In this document: positions 1 to 9,645 of the stretch, piece by piece | How the letters are laid out: every line of letters starts with the position of its first letter | Numbering within the stretch: position 1 is the first letter of the stretch | Assembly (NCBI GenBank): GCA_041739995.1 | Contig: JBGSMV010000018.1 | Coordinates: forward strand, 11,165 to 75,164 | Direction of reading: 5' to 3' | Source: Bdellovibrionota bacterium | Lineage (GTDB): Bacteria > Bdellovibrionota_C > UBA2361 > JBGSMV01 | Length of the DNA stretch: 64,000 nt | Notes under the pieces: generated by a model | What the model saw: only the letters and a program-made list of their open reading frames with translations | Told to the model about the DNA's origin: nothing | Databases searched by the model: none | Position numbers and translations under genes: made by a program

Positions 1-520
1 TTCGATCTCCCTGGTTGGCGATCGTGCCACTGGTTCTCGCGTGCTGGTGGACTCCCTAGACTGCACCAGTAGCCTCAGCACCCCAGAGATTTCGGACATG
101 ACCTCACGGCTTTCAGTCCACCCAAGAGTACGGGAAGGGCTGATCCCCCTGCAGCGCGGAGCATTTCCGGGGCGTGGAATTGTCGCTGAAGGGCGCGATA
201 TGGGCACCGTCGTTTTCCCTGAAGCCGTGGCTAAGTTTTTTATAGAGGCAGAGGAAGAGGTCAGGGTTGAGAGGCGCCTGGATCAGTTCCGTAAGGAGGG
301 GAAGCTCAAAGACTTCGATTCAGACCCCCAAGCGCTTAGAAAGAATGTAGAATTAGAGATTAAGGCCCGCGACAAGCGCGATCGGGAGCGACCGCTTTCG
401 CCTGCGAAGCCGGCAGATGACGCCCTTATCGTAGATAACTCCCGGCAAACATTGACCCTTGTTGTCAATCAACTATATAGTCTGGCGCTCTCAAAGGGTG
501 TTAGTCCGACTGCAGAGTAG
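1..520 (+). CDS. cmk: Cytidylate kinase, 5' part outside window
   Basis: VAEGRDMGTVVFPEA and RDKRDRERPLSPAKPADDA motifs; directly upstream of rpsA. Confidence 0.92.
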   Translation, partial: SISLVGDRATGSRVLVDSLDCTSSLSTPEISDMTSRLSVHPRVREGLIPLQRGAFPGRGIVAEGRDMGTVVFPEAVAKFFIEAEEEVRVERRLDQFRKEGKLKDFDSDPQALRKNVELEIKARDKRDRERPLSPAKPADDALIVDNSRQTLTLVVNQLYSLALSKGVSPTAE

Positions 521-810
521 GCGGAAACGTAGGGCACTATGTGCTCGGTGTTTAGAACTAAACTCTGTGTTTACAACTAGTCTGTGGCGAAAAGGAGTCG
601 CTCACAGGCAGTGAGGTCGGACAGGTGCAGTGGAGGTCGGATAGATCTCGCGCGAACTTTGGCACACCTCTGCGGAAGTATCCGCAGCAGGAAGTATCCT
701 TAGGGGGAAAGCCCCCAGAGTGGTGCGGTGAACCGTTCGGTGTTTGAAGTAGGCACGCGCCTTTTTAGGCAAATAGTTATTATTCGGCACAATTTGTGAG
801 TGACGACTGT

Positions 811-856
811 GTTGTTCACAGTGCGTTGTTCACAGTGTGTTGTTCACAGTGTGTTG
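811..856. repeat. 14-bp tandem repeat (GTTGTTCACAGTGY x3 plus partial) in the rpsA leader
   Basis: Units at 811-824, 825-838 and 839-852, read directly. Confidence 0.85.
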
Positions 857-911
857 CTCTCGCAATTTTGCGTTGCGTTCATAAAACAGATTTTAGAGTT
901 AAAAAGAGAAT

Positions 912-2639
912 ATGGAACAAGGGAATTTTTCTGACAGCGGTTCGACGGGAATGGGTGGAGCTTTTGCCTCTGAGTTTGAGAAGCTGGTCGACCGGCAGCT
1001 CGACAACCTTCGTCCCGGCAAAATTGTTTCTGGTTCTGTCGTGGCCATCAACAAAGACATGGTCACCGTGGACATCGGATTTAAGTCCGATGGAGTTGTT
1101 CCCAAGGAACAGTTTTCAGACTCCGAAGGCAAGCTCTTAGTTAAGCTTGGCGACAAAGTAGACGTGTGCGTGCTCGCGCTCGAAGGTGAGCACGGTCAGG
1201 TGATGCTGTCTAAGGAAAAGGCCGATCAGCTTAAAGTTTGGAACTACATCGAAGATGTATACAAGAAGAATGGAATCATCTCCGGCAAAGTAGTCATGAA
1301 GGTCAAAGGTGGCCTTCAGGTAGATGTGGGAATTCCTGCATTTCTTCCTGGTTCGCAAATTGACGTTCGCCCGCACCGTAATCTCGATAAGTTTTTGGGC
1401 GAAGGGTTCGATTTCAAAGTTCTTAAAATTACTCGCGACAAAGGCAATATCGTTCTTTCTCGTCGCGCCGTACTTCTGTCTGAGCGTGATCAGCTACGTT
1501 CCGAGACTCTCAAAGTCTTGGCCGAAGGCGTGGTCATGGAAGGCGTGGTTAAAAATGTTACCGATTACGGTGCGTTTATTGACCTTGGCGGTATCGATGG
1601 ATTGCTCCACATCACCGACATCTCATGGGGCCGGGTAAATCATCCTTCTGAGAAGATCTCGGTTGGTCAGACGATACCAGTGGTGGTGTTGCGCTACGAA
1701 GCAGAGAAAGAGCGCGTCAGCCTCGGCATGAAGCAGCTCAAGGACGATCCGTGGACGACCGTGCACGAGAGATTCCCTGTTGGTGGGAAGATCAACGGCC
1801 GAGTAGTGAGCGTAACTGACTACGGCGCCTTCGTAGAGCTTGAAGAGGGCATTGAGGGACTTGTTCACGTTTCAGAAATGAGCTGGACCAAGAAGGTCAG
1901 ACATCCTTCGAAGGTGGTTACCGAAGGGGACCGCATTGAGGCTCAGATTCTTGGAATTGACCAAGATCAACGCAGAATTGCACTTGGATTGAAACAGCTC
2001 ATGCCGAATCCATGGTTGGAGTTGCAAGCCAGACATCCGATTGGCTCTAACGTCAAGGGTACGGTTCGCTCCATTACCGATTTCGGTGTGTTCGTTGGTA
2101 TTGACGAAGGGATTGATGGACTTGTTCACGTTTCTGATTTCTCGTGGACTAAGCGCATTCGAGATCCTAAAGAAATCCAAGAGCTGTTCAAGAAAGGTGA
2201 TGAGGTCGAGGCAGTGGTGCTCGACATCGATGCAGATAACGAGCGTTTGAGCCTCGGTATCAAGCAGCTTTCGTCCGACCCTTGGGAGACCATTGCCCAG
2301 CGCTATCCAGTGGGCGTCAAGGTCAAGGGGAAAGTTACCTCTATTACTGAATTCGGTGTGTTCATCGAGATTGAGGAGGGTATCGAAGGATTGGTGCACA
2401 ACTCGCAGCTTGGCGTCGACCGTGAGACCAATGTAGCTGAGATGTTCCCACTTGGATCCCAGGTAGAGTGCGAAGTCACCAACATTGATATGCAAGAGCG
2501 CCGTATAAGCTTGAGCTTCAAGGCGGTTCGTAAGCGTATCGAGAAGCAGGAAATGGCTGAGTACATGGAAGAAGGTGGTTCTGGAGTTACCTTTGGTGAC
2601 CTCCTTCGCCAGAAGCGGGAACAGCAGAGCGACGAATAG
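912..2639 (+). CDS. rpsA: 30S ribosomal protein S1
   Basis: Six S1 repeats (VTDYGAFIDLGGIDGLLHITD, ITDFGVFV...GLVHVSD); follows cmk. Confidence 0.98.
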   Translation: MEQGNFSDSGSTGMGGAFASEFEKLVDRQLDNLRPGKIVSGSVVAINKDMVTVDIGFKSDGVVPKEQFSDSEGKLLVKLGDKVDVCVLALEGEHGQVMLSKEKADQLKVWNYIEDVYKKNGIISGKVVMKVKGGLQVDVGIPAFLPGSQIDVRPHRNLDKFLGEGFDFKVLKITRDKGNIVLSRRAVLLSERDQLRSETLKVLAEGVVMEGVVKNVTDYGAFIDLGGIDGLLHITDISWGRVNHPSEKISVGQTIPVVVLRYEAEKERVSLGMKQLKDDPWTTVHERFPVGGKINGRVVSVTDYGAFVELEEGIEGLVHVSEMSWTKKVRHPSKVVTEGDRIEAQILGIDQDQRRIALGLKQLMPNPWLELQARHPIGSNVKGTVRSITDFGVFVGIDEGIDGLVHVSDFSWTKRIRDPKEIQELFKKGDEVEAVVLDIDADNERLSLGIKQLSSDPWETIAQRYPVGVKVKGKVTSITEFGVFIEIEEGIEGLVHNSQLGVDRETNVAEMFPLGSQVECEVTNIDMQERRISLSFKAVRKRIEKQEMAEYMEEGGSGVTFGDLLRQKREQQSDE

Positions 2640-2682
2640 GGCGTCGCAGTCATATCTTCGGATATGCTGCTCAGCTCAAACC

Positions 2683-2724
2683 AAAAAGCGCTTCGTGTCC
2701 CGAAAGGGCATGAAGCGCTTTTTT
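2683..2724. terminator. Bidirectional intrinsic terminator
   Basis: AAAAAGCGCTTCGTGTCC-CGAAAG-GGCATGAAGCGCTTTTTT hairpin with A and T tails between convergent genes. Confidence 0.85.
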
Positions 2725-2773
2725 ATTGCGCTGCAGGAATGGTTGCCTCGACGCGAGCACGGTGTGCTTAGCG

Positions 2774-3148
2774 CTAAGCCTGTTGGAGCGCCCCGATAAG
2801 GTCCTGCAGTTCGTCGGGTGTAAAAGGCTTCGAGAGAGTGCCATCGACTCCAAGCGTTCGTGCGCGCCGAAGTTCTTCATCGTTGGCGTGAGCCGACATC
2901 AATACAAACGGTAAGCTGGGGTGCCGCCCCTTGACCGTCTCTAACACCTGTAATCCATTCAATTTAGGCATTCTAAGGTCGCATAGGCAGACATCGGCAG
3001 GGTCCTCTGCTGAGAGGTGGGTGACGGCTAGCGTGGGATCGGAGAACGCAACTACAGTAAATCCGAGTGCTTCGAGCAGGAGCGTAAGCGCGAACAGCAC
3101 CGAAGGTTCGTCGTCAATGAGAGTTATTCTTGAAATTTCCTTAGGCAC
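2774..3148 (-). CDS. Single-domain response regulator (CheY-like receiver)
   Basis: LIDDE, CDLRMP, MSA and SKPF receiver motifs. Confidence 0.9.
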   Translation of the reverse strand: MPKEISRITLIDDEPSVLFALTLLLEALGFTVVAFSDPTLAVTHLSAEDPADVCLCDLRMPKLNGLQVLETVKGRHPSLPFVLMSAHANDEELRRARTLGVDGTLSKPFTPDELQDLIGALQQA

Positions 3149-3198
3149 TCGCTGAACAGTCTCCTATAGCCGGTATGGCCAGTAGCGCTATCTACACT

Positions 3199-3347
3199 CT
3201 AGTGTCCTTGAGTCGGAAGTTCATTCAAATATCCGTCTCGCTGTTTTCGCTGAGCTCATTGCTTATTTAATTGAATATATTCACAAAGAGATCGGCGAGC
3301 GCGGCGAGAATCGTTGATGGAGCTGAGCTCTTAACTCAGGACACTAG
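3199..3347 (+). mobile_element. Family A CTAG-ended MITE-like hairpin repeat, copy 1
   Basis: CTAGTGTCCTTGAGT...ACTCAGGACACTAG terminal inverted repeats; core shared with six other copies. Confidence 0.85.
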
Positions 3348-3450
3348 GTAACTGCAAAGCTCCTCACCGCAAACGTACGCAAAGGGTTCTGGAGATTCTG
3401 AGTAAGCGTGTGCGCTCAACCTCCAAGATCGCACTTTTTCATATAAACGT

Positions 3451-6372
3451 TTGAGAAATTCGCCTCCTAGGGCGATTATGCCGACCGATATGGGGGAAAA
3501 CAACATTTCATCTTCCTCGGCTCAGGCCCAATTGGCAGGTGATACGCCTATGGGTGAGACGCTAAGCTCAAACGGGGCCTGGTACGCCGAGGACGTCATA
3601 GCAAAGCAGCTTGGTGCGGATATCCCCCCAATGCTCCAGCAGTACCTCAGCGTCAAGCGCGCGAATCCTGACTGCGTGATTTTCTTTCAAGTTGGTGATT
3701 TCTATGAGGTGTTCTTCGATGACGCCGTAGAGGTTTCTCGACGAATAAACCTCACACTTACCAGTCGAGACAAAGGTCGCGAGAACCCGATTCGTATGTG
3801 CGGTGTGCCGGTCGCCCACATTGAAAGTTACCTAGAACGCATCGTGGACACTGGATTGTCTTGCGCAATAGTAAGCCAGGTCGCTTCTCAGGCAATAGAG
3901 TCAGAGAGCACGAGCGAGGCGGTTCAATCGAACGGCGCAACCCGCGCACCCGTGCAGCGAAAACTCACTCGCATAATCACACCAGGGGTGCGGGTGCTTT
4001 CGACGGTCGAGGGCAGTGCTCGCGAAACGCTCTGTGCTGCGGTCTCCGTGGCTGGTGCAGCATACAGCATTGCTGCTACCGATGTTCGCTCAGGTGAGAT
4101 CCAGGTAATACAAGAGGTAGGTTTAAGCGACCTCATCATGGAAGTCAGACGACTTGCACCAAGCGAGCTTCTTTTGCCGGCGCGAGAACAGGGCCGCCCG
4201 CTAGACCGAAGGTCGTCCTGGGTTCGAGCCATCGAAAGAATTCTGCCTGGAGTTTCACTTAAGTTTCGTTTTGGAGACCTCGCCGAGCGCGGCACTTCTT
4301 CTGACGCTTCAACTTCATTACGCGATCCCTCAAGTATTCCCGGATTTTCCATATTACCACCTCTCACCAAGCGGGCGGTGAGAGGTCTGGTGGCGCATAT
4401 TGATCAGACTACGGGTGCCAGTAGGGTTTGTTTCAGTGCGGTGCGTGAACAGACGCTGAGCAAGAAAATGCTGATTGATGCCATGACTCGGCAGAACCTG
4501 GAGCTGGTAAAAAGTTCGCGTGAAGGTGGCGAAGCTGGCACGCTGCTTTCGGTGCTCAAGCATACGGTCAGTGAACCTGGGGCTCGGCTGCTGCGTGGCT
4601 GGATTCTTGAACCGCTGACTGACCGCAAGGCGATTCACTTGCGACTCGATGCGGTTGAGGTGTTGCGTGGTGATGCAGCATGGAGGGCAGCCACACGCGC
4701 AAAACTGAGTGGTCTTGTCGATTTAGAGCGGGTGGCGACACGTCTTGAACTACGGGCCATCACCCCGCGCGAACTTGGCTCGATACGTTCCGCATTTGCG
4801 GCAGCGTCCGAGATAGTTTCAAGAGCTTTTCCTAAGAGTGCCTTAATTGAGGCGATTATTGGCCAGATGCCTTCGCCAAAGGTGTTGCTTGCTGAGCTCT
4901 CCGCCGCAATCTCAGAGGAACTCCCATGGGCATTACACGAAGGCGGAGTAATGCGCCCCGGGTTCGATTCTGAGCTTGATTCAATTCGAGCACAGAGGAC
5001 TGGAAGCGGTGAATGGATGCGAGCGTTCGAGGCATCGGAGCGAGAACGCACGGGAATAGGGTCGCTTAAGGTAAAGAATAATAACGTGCTCGGGTTCTTC
5101 ATTGAAGTGACAAGAGCCAATGCAGGTAAAATTCCCTCTGAGTATCAGAGACGACAGTCAACTGCTCAGGCAGAGCGCTTTACCACCGATGAATTGCGCG
5201 CGGCAGAAAGAGATTTTCAGAGTGCATCTAGTCGCGAACTGGCTCGAGAGCGCATGCTCTATGAAGCGCTGGTCGAACGACTTATCGCTCAGGTGCCCAC
5301 GATTCGAGCCGTGGGGCGAGACCTCGCCCATCTGGACGTGCTGTTGTCGCTTGCACAGGCGGCGGAACTGAACAGATGGGTTCGTCCAAGCGTTGAAGAG
5401 CATTGCCAGCTGAGGATTGAGAAAGGGGCTCACCCGGTTCTCGCTGAATTCCTGAGAGGCAGCTTCGTACCGAATGACTTGATTCTTAAACCCGGAGAGA
5501 GAGAGCTTCTCATCCTCACGGGACCGAATATGGGCGGAAAGTCCACTTACCTTCGGCAAATCGCGCTGATTGTGATCATGGCGCAGCTTGGATCGTTTGT
5601 CCCGGCCGAGTGTGCTGAGATCGGAATAGTCGATAGAATCTTCGCTCGCATAGGCGCCAGTGACAACATTTCAGAGGGCGAAAGTACCTTCATGGTTGAG
5701 ATGCGCGAGATGGCTTACATCTTGGCAAATGCAACCGAACGTTCGCTGGTGGTGATTGACGAGGTAGGACGAGGAACTGCTACCGCGGACGGGGTGTCGC
5801 TTGCGCGTGCTATCGTGGAGTGGCTTGTGGGAATCGTCCATTGCCGCACACTTTTTGCGACGCACTATCACGAGCTGACTGCCCTGGCGCAGGCATTCGA
5901 GCAAATTAGGAATGTTTCGGTTACTTCTGTTGAAGAGAATGGAGAAGTCATTTTTACGCATTTGATCTCTGAAGGGCCCGCTAATCGCTCCTATGGCGTG
6001 GAAGTGGCGCGGATTGCGGGCCTCCCCCCGGAACTGATTGGGCGCGCCCGTGAGCTACTTGATTGCTTTGGCGTGGGTGAAGGCACCGTTGTAGGAGGGA
6101 GAGCCGCTGTTGATCAGGCACAGATACCACTGTTTAAATTGGTCTCGAGCAATGCTGTCACGAACCCCCGAGGCAAGCGACCACCAAAAAGCGAGGAAAG
6201 CGAAATTGTTATGCAGCGTGCGAGGAAATTCGAGCAGTTGCGAAGTAAGCTTGAGGTGGTCGATATTAATGCCACGACGCCGCTGCAGGCCTTGGAGATC
6301 CTTGAGACACTTCGTACCTGCGTTGCTGAAGCCGCAACGGCGAGTGCTACAGGAACAAAGCCTGCGACTTAG
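3451..6372 (+). CDS. mutS: DNA mismatch repair protein MutS (start may be 3478 or later)
   Basis: PMLQQY, FFQVGDFYE, TGPNMGGKSTYLRQ, STFMVEM, DEVGRGT, FATHYHEL, SYGVEVARIAGLP. Confidence 0.97.
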   Translation: MRNSPPRAIMPTDMGENNISSSSAQAQLAGDTPMGETLSSNGAWYAEDVIAKQLGADIPPMLQQYLSVKRANPDCVIFFQVGDFYEVFFDDAVEVSRRINLTLTSRDKGRENPIRMCGVPVAHIESYLERIVDTGLSCAIVSQVASQAIESESTSEAVQSNGATRAPVQRKLTRIITPGVRVLSTVEGSARETLCAAVSVAGAAYSIAATDVRSGEIQVIQEVGLSDLIMEVRRLAPSELLLPAREQGRPLDRRSSWVRAIERILPGVSLKFRFGDLAERGTSSDASTSLRDPSSIPGFSILPPLTKRAVRGLVAHIDQTTGASRVCFSAVREQTLSKKMLIDAMTRQNLELVKSSREGGEAGTLLSVLKHTVSEPGARLLRGWILEPLTDRKAIHLRLDAVEVLRGDAAWRAATRAKLSGLVDLERVATRLELRAITPRELGSIRSAFAAASEIVSRAFPKSALIEAIIGQMPSPKVLLAELSAAISEELPWALHEGGVMRPGFDSELDSIRAQRTGSGEWMRAFEASERERTGIGSLKVKNNNVLGFFIEVTRANAGKIPSEYQRRQSTAQAERFTTDELRAAERDFQSASSRELARERMLYEALVERLIAQVPTIRAVGRDLAHLDVLLSLAQAAELNRWVRPSVEEHCQLRIEKGAHPVLAEFLRGSFVPNDLILKPGERELLILTGPNMGGKSTYLRQIALIVIMAQLGSFVPAECAEIGIVDRIFARIGASDNISEGESTFMVEMREMAYILANATERSLVVIDEVGRGTATADGVSLARAIVEWLVGIVHCRTLFATHYHELTALAQAFEQIRNVSVTSVEENGEVIFTHLISEGPANRSYGVEVARIAGLPPELIGRARELLDCFGVGEGTVVGGRAAVDQAQIPLFKLVSSNAVTNPRGKRPPKSEESEIVMQRARKFEQLRSKLEVVDINATTPLQALEILETLRTCVAEAATASATGTKPAT

Positions 6373-6421
6373 GCTCGGGGAAACCGGAAACCGGAGAGCG
6401 GGTAGCGGATTTGTTGTCTAT

Positions 6422-6594
6422 CAGGGTCGTGAAAAACTCTTTTCCCGACCCTGATAGGTAGGACAGGATATCCGAACGCGGACTGGAGCAAAGCGTAAGT
6501 ACGCGAAGCGACGCGGATTTCGCGCCGCTCGTCGCGCGAAAAGAGCTTGGAGCGAGTGAAAAAGTGCCTAGGAGGGCACTTTTTCACCAGCCCT
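6422..6594. repeat. Structured MITE/REP-like element with GTGAAAAA...TTTTTCAC ends
   Basis: AGGGTCGTGAAAAA...TTTTTCACCAGCCCT ends; internal motifs match the reverse complement of about 12345-12410; short version at 19361-19393. Confidence 0.55.
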
Positions 6595-6737
6595 CTAGTG
6601 TGCTGAGTCAGAAGTTCATTCAAGGATTTTTCTCGCTGTTCTCGCTGAACTCATTGTGTAATTCATTAAATATATTCACAAAGAGAGCAGCGAGCTCAGC
6701 GAGAATTATTCATCGAACTCTTAACTCAGGACACTAG
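6595..6737 (+). mobile_element. Family A repeat, copy 2
   Basis: CTAGTGTGCTGAGT...ACTCAGGACACTAG, 143 bp. Confidence 0.9.
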
Positions 6738-6843
6738 TTGTTAGAGAACTCCTTCGGTGATCTCTAGTGTGTTAATCGCGCAGGTAAGCAAATGCCATTT
6801 CAATATATCCTTTGGAACAATACATCCTTTGGGACTGCAGCTA

Positions 6844-8091
6844 ATGGCTAGAAGATACGTGCACTTCGCCCTCCTTTTCGTCATTTATATAATGGCGACA
6901 GCCCCGCTTTGTGCAATTGCCGAGAACAGCAACGCGGCTCGCGCCACTTCGCGATACGACGAGCTCCGTCAGCGCTATTTTCGACTTCGTAACACCGATA
7001 TGGCTGTTAAGAAGAGGTCGGAGTGGCGTTCGGTCGCAAAGGACCTGCAACAGCTTACGATTGATTTCCCTACTGCTCCCGAAACCGCCCAGGCGCTCTG
7101 GAACCTTTCACATCTTTACCAGGAGCTTTTTCGAGTTGAGAGAAACGACCGAGATGCACTCCGAAGCCTTTCATCGCTCACCACACTGCTTTCGCGTTTT
7201 CGCAGTCATGAACTAGCCGATGATGCGCTGTTTCGTGCCGCTGGTCTTCAGCAAGAGCTTTTCGACGACCCAGGAGCCGTTCGCGATCTTTACAAGCGCT
7301 TGATTCAGCGCTTCCCCGAATCAGAGTATGCACTGAAAGCTCGGAAAGAACTTGATAGTGGTAACATCCAAATAAAGCAAAAGGGCGCGGGAGGAGTCGG
7401 TTCAGTTCCAATGCTTCGCAAGCGGCGTTGGGTAGTAGTGCTTGATCCAGGTCACGGAGGTGAGGATCTTGGGGCGAAGGGGGCAGCGGGACTTTATGAA
7501 AAGGACGTCGTCTTAGCGATATCGCTTGAAGCGGAACTATTGCTTGAAAAGAACACCGACATACAGGTGGAGCTTACGCGCAGGGAAGATGAGTTTATTC
7601 CTCTGGCCGAGCGCACCCATTTTGCGAACGCCTGGAACGCTGACGTGTTTGTAAGCTTGCACAACAATGCTAGTGAGCGCGCAGCCCTGTCGGGGTTACA
7701 AGTATTTTTTCTTGATGCGGCCGGAGATGAGGCCGGACGATTGCTGGCTGAGCGAGAGAATGGAGTCGAGGCAGCGGTACTTGATGATGTGGATCTTATC
7801 CTTGGCGATTTGACGCAGAGTGCCAAGCAGGAGCCGTCGATTACGCTTGCGCACCTTATTCAAGATTCAATCTTGAGTGAAACTCGGCCAGTCTGGAAAG
7901 AGGTTAAGAACAGTGGCGTGCGACCTGGCCCGTTTTACGTGCTTACTGGAGCGCACATGCCATGTGCGCTCGTCGAGATGTTTTTCATCGATCATGTCGA
8001 AGATGGGCGCAAGCTGGCAACACAGCGCTTTCGCGGTGCAGTGGCGCGAGGGTTAGACCGAGGGGTACGCGCATTTCTGGATCGACAGTGA
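6844..8091 (+). CDS. N-acetylmuramoyl-L-alanine amidase (Amidase_3) with N-terminal TPR-like region
   Basis: Signal-like N-terminus; VVLDPGHGGED, EKDVVL, FVSLHNNA and ALVEMFF zinc-amidase motifs; ORF is open from 6757. Confidence 0.9.
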   Translation: MARRYVHFALLFVIYIMATAPLCAIAENSNAARATSRYDELRQRYFRLRNTDMAVKKRSEWRSVAKDLQQLTIDFPTAPETAQALWNLSHLYQELFRVERNDRDALRSLSSLTTLLSRFRSHELADDALFRAAGLQQELFDDPGAVRDLYKRLIQRFPESEYALKARKELDSGNIQIKQKGAGGVGSVPMLRKRRWVVVLDPGHGGEDLGAKGAAGLYEKDVVLAISLEAELLLEKNTDIQVELTRREDEFIPLAERTHFANAWNADVFVSLHNNASERAALSGLQVFFLDAAGDEAGRLLAERENGVEAAVLDDVDLILGDLTQSAKQEPSITLAHLIQDSILSETRPVWKEVKNSGVRPGPFYVLTGAHMPCALVEMFFIDHVEDGRKLATQRFRGAVARGLDRGVRAFLDRQ

Positions 8092-8129
8092 GAAATCTTT
8101 AGGGGCGAGAAATCGAGAGTGGCTTTTCG

Positions 8130-8290
8130 CTACTGCCTTGATTTAAGCGCTCTATGAACAATGCTCGCCGCGCTCGCTGATCTCTTTGTGAATTTAATGA
8201 GATCATGTCCTACTTACACCGATTTACACAAGGAGTTCAGCGAGAACAGCCAGGAGCCTATTTCAATGGACTTTTAATTCAGGACACTAG
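8130..8290 (-). mobile_element. Family A repeat, copy 3 (diverged, loop insertion)
   Basis: Reverse-complement match to copy 6; ends TTCAGGACACTAG. Confidence 0.75.
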
Positions 8291-8426
8291 TGCGGTCGCC
8301 TTCCTTTTGTATTTACGGCATGATTCTTCCGAGAGAGGGGCGGGGTTTTGACCAAAAGTGGAGACTCGCCAGCGCCCTCGAGGAGTAGAAATGACTTGGA
8401 ACTTGAGCATTTAGCGGATTTTTGAG

Positions 8427-9605
8427 ATGCCCCTAGTAATAAGCAAAGAGCAGAAAGCACTGCTGGAAGTGGTGCATCGCAAAGCCTCTGAATTAGGCTT
8501 TCGCACGTTTCTTGTGGGCGGGGTTGTTCGAGATCTGCTGCTTGGTTATTCCATTCAGGACAAAGATCTCGATGTGATTGTAGAGGGAAGGGCCGCAGAG
8601 CTGGCCGAGGCGTGTCAAAAGGAGTTGGGGGGAGAGGTAAAGCGCTTCGAGAAGTTTTCTACCGCGAAGCTGCTTCGACCAGCCCACTTCACTTCGGTAG
8701 CGGAGATTGACTTTGCCTCGACGCGTACCGAATTCTACGAAAGACCGGGAGCGCTTCCGACCGTGAAGAGCTCCTCGATTATCGACGACGACCTCAGCCG
8801 ACGGGATTTCACTGTCAACGCCATCGCCATTTCAGTATCTGATGTCTTAAGAGTTTTTTCCGGTGAACATGCCAGCATTCCCAGTCCGGCTCAAATCTCG
8901 GATGTAGTGATTGATTTATTCGGGGGGATGAATGATTTGGTGGAAAAGTGGATTCGCACATTACACATCCACAGTTTTAGTGATGATCCCACGCGGATAT
9001 TTCGCGCGGCGCGTTATTGCGCACGTCTCGATGGGCGACTTGAGCGACGGACTGAGGAGGACCTCCAGCGTGCGCTGCAGGGGCGTTTTCTTGGCACCGT
9101 CTCGGCATTCCGGTTGTCTTCAGAAATTAGGAAGCTTGCATCAGAAACACGCTGGCTTGCGGCGAGCAAAATTTTGAACGATTGGGGGGTGTGGGGTCTC
9201 TTGTGGGGAGATGACGCGAGTTTGTTCGCCAGAGTGCTCAGCCAGTGGCAACGCATCTCTCGTCGCGAGGTGCCGGAAGTCGATTTGCCTGAAGTTATAC
9301 CAGCAGCGGTGCTGCACCTGACACTTTTGACGGTTTGTAGTCCAGTCAACGAGGCAGAGCGCGATAAGTGGTTAAGTAGTTTGCAGCTTCCAAAGGCGCA
9401 GAGGCATTTGCTGGCAGATGTTTCTGGTAGAGTCCATGACGCAGGGGGGCGCTACCTCGGAGACCTGAATGCTGGTCCGTTAGAGGGAGGCAGCGCACTG
9501 GCGCCTGCGTTACGAGCCTTGTTGATATTGGGGGTCTCTAGTGACCTCACGCGAGTGGGCCCTGAGGCCTCGCGAGACTTGCATAAATGGCTCCAGGAGT
9601 TGTGA
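8427..9605 (+). CDS. cca: Class II tRNA nucleotidyltransferase (CCA- or A-adding)
   Basis: LVGGVVRDLLLG, DLD, DLSRRDFTVNAIA, FSDDPTRIFRAARY. Confidence 0.88.
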   Translation: MPLVISKEQKALLEVVHRKASELGFRTFLVGGVVRDLLLGYSIQDKDLDVIVEGRAAELAEACQKELGGEVKRFEKFSTAKLLRPAHFTSVAEIDFASTRTEFYERPGALPTVKSSSIIDDDLSRRDFTVNAIAISVSDVLRVFSGEHASIPSPAQISDVVIDLFGGMNDLVEKWIRTLHIHSFSDDPTRIFRAARYCARLDGRLERRTEEDLQRALQGRFLGTVSAFRLSSEIRKLASETRWLAASKILNDWGVWGLLWGDDASLFARVLSQWQRISRREVPEVDLPEVIPAAVLHLTLLTVCSPVNEAERDKWLSSLQLPKAQRHLLADVSGRVHDAGGRYLGDLNAGPLEGGSALAPALRALLILGVSSDLTRVGPEASRDLHKWLQEL

Positions 9606-9645
9606 GCAAGGACCGGATCGTTAGGGACCAGCTCGCGCGGGAGCT

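Noticed and set aside
659..674. Sigma54-like TTGGCAC upstream of rpsA
   Set aside because: GG-to-GC spacing is 9, not 10
811..856. Replication origin
   Set aside because: Only three imperfect DnaA-like boxes; no dnaA/gidA context or clear unwinding element
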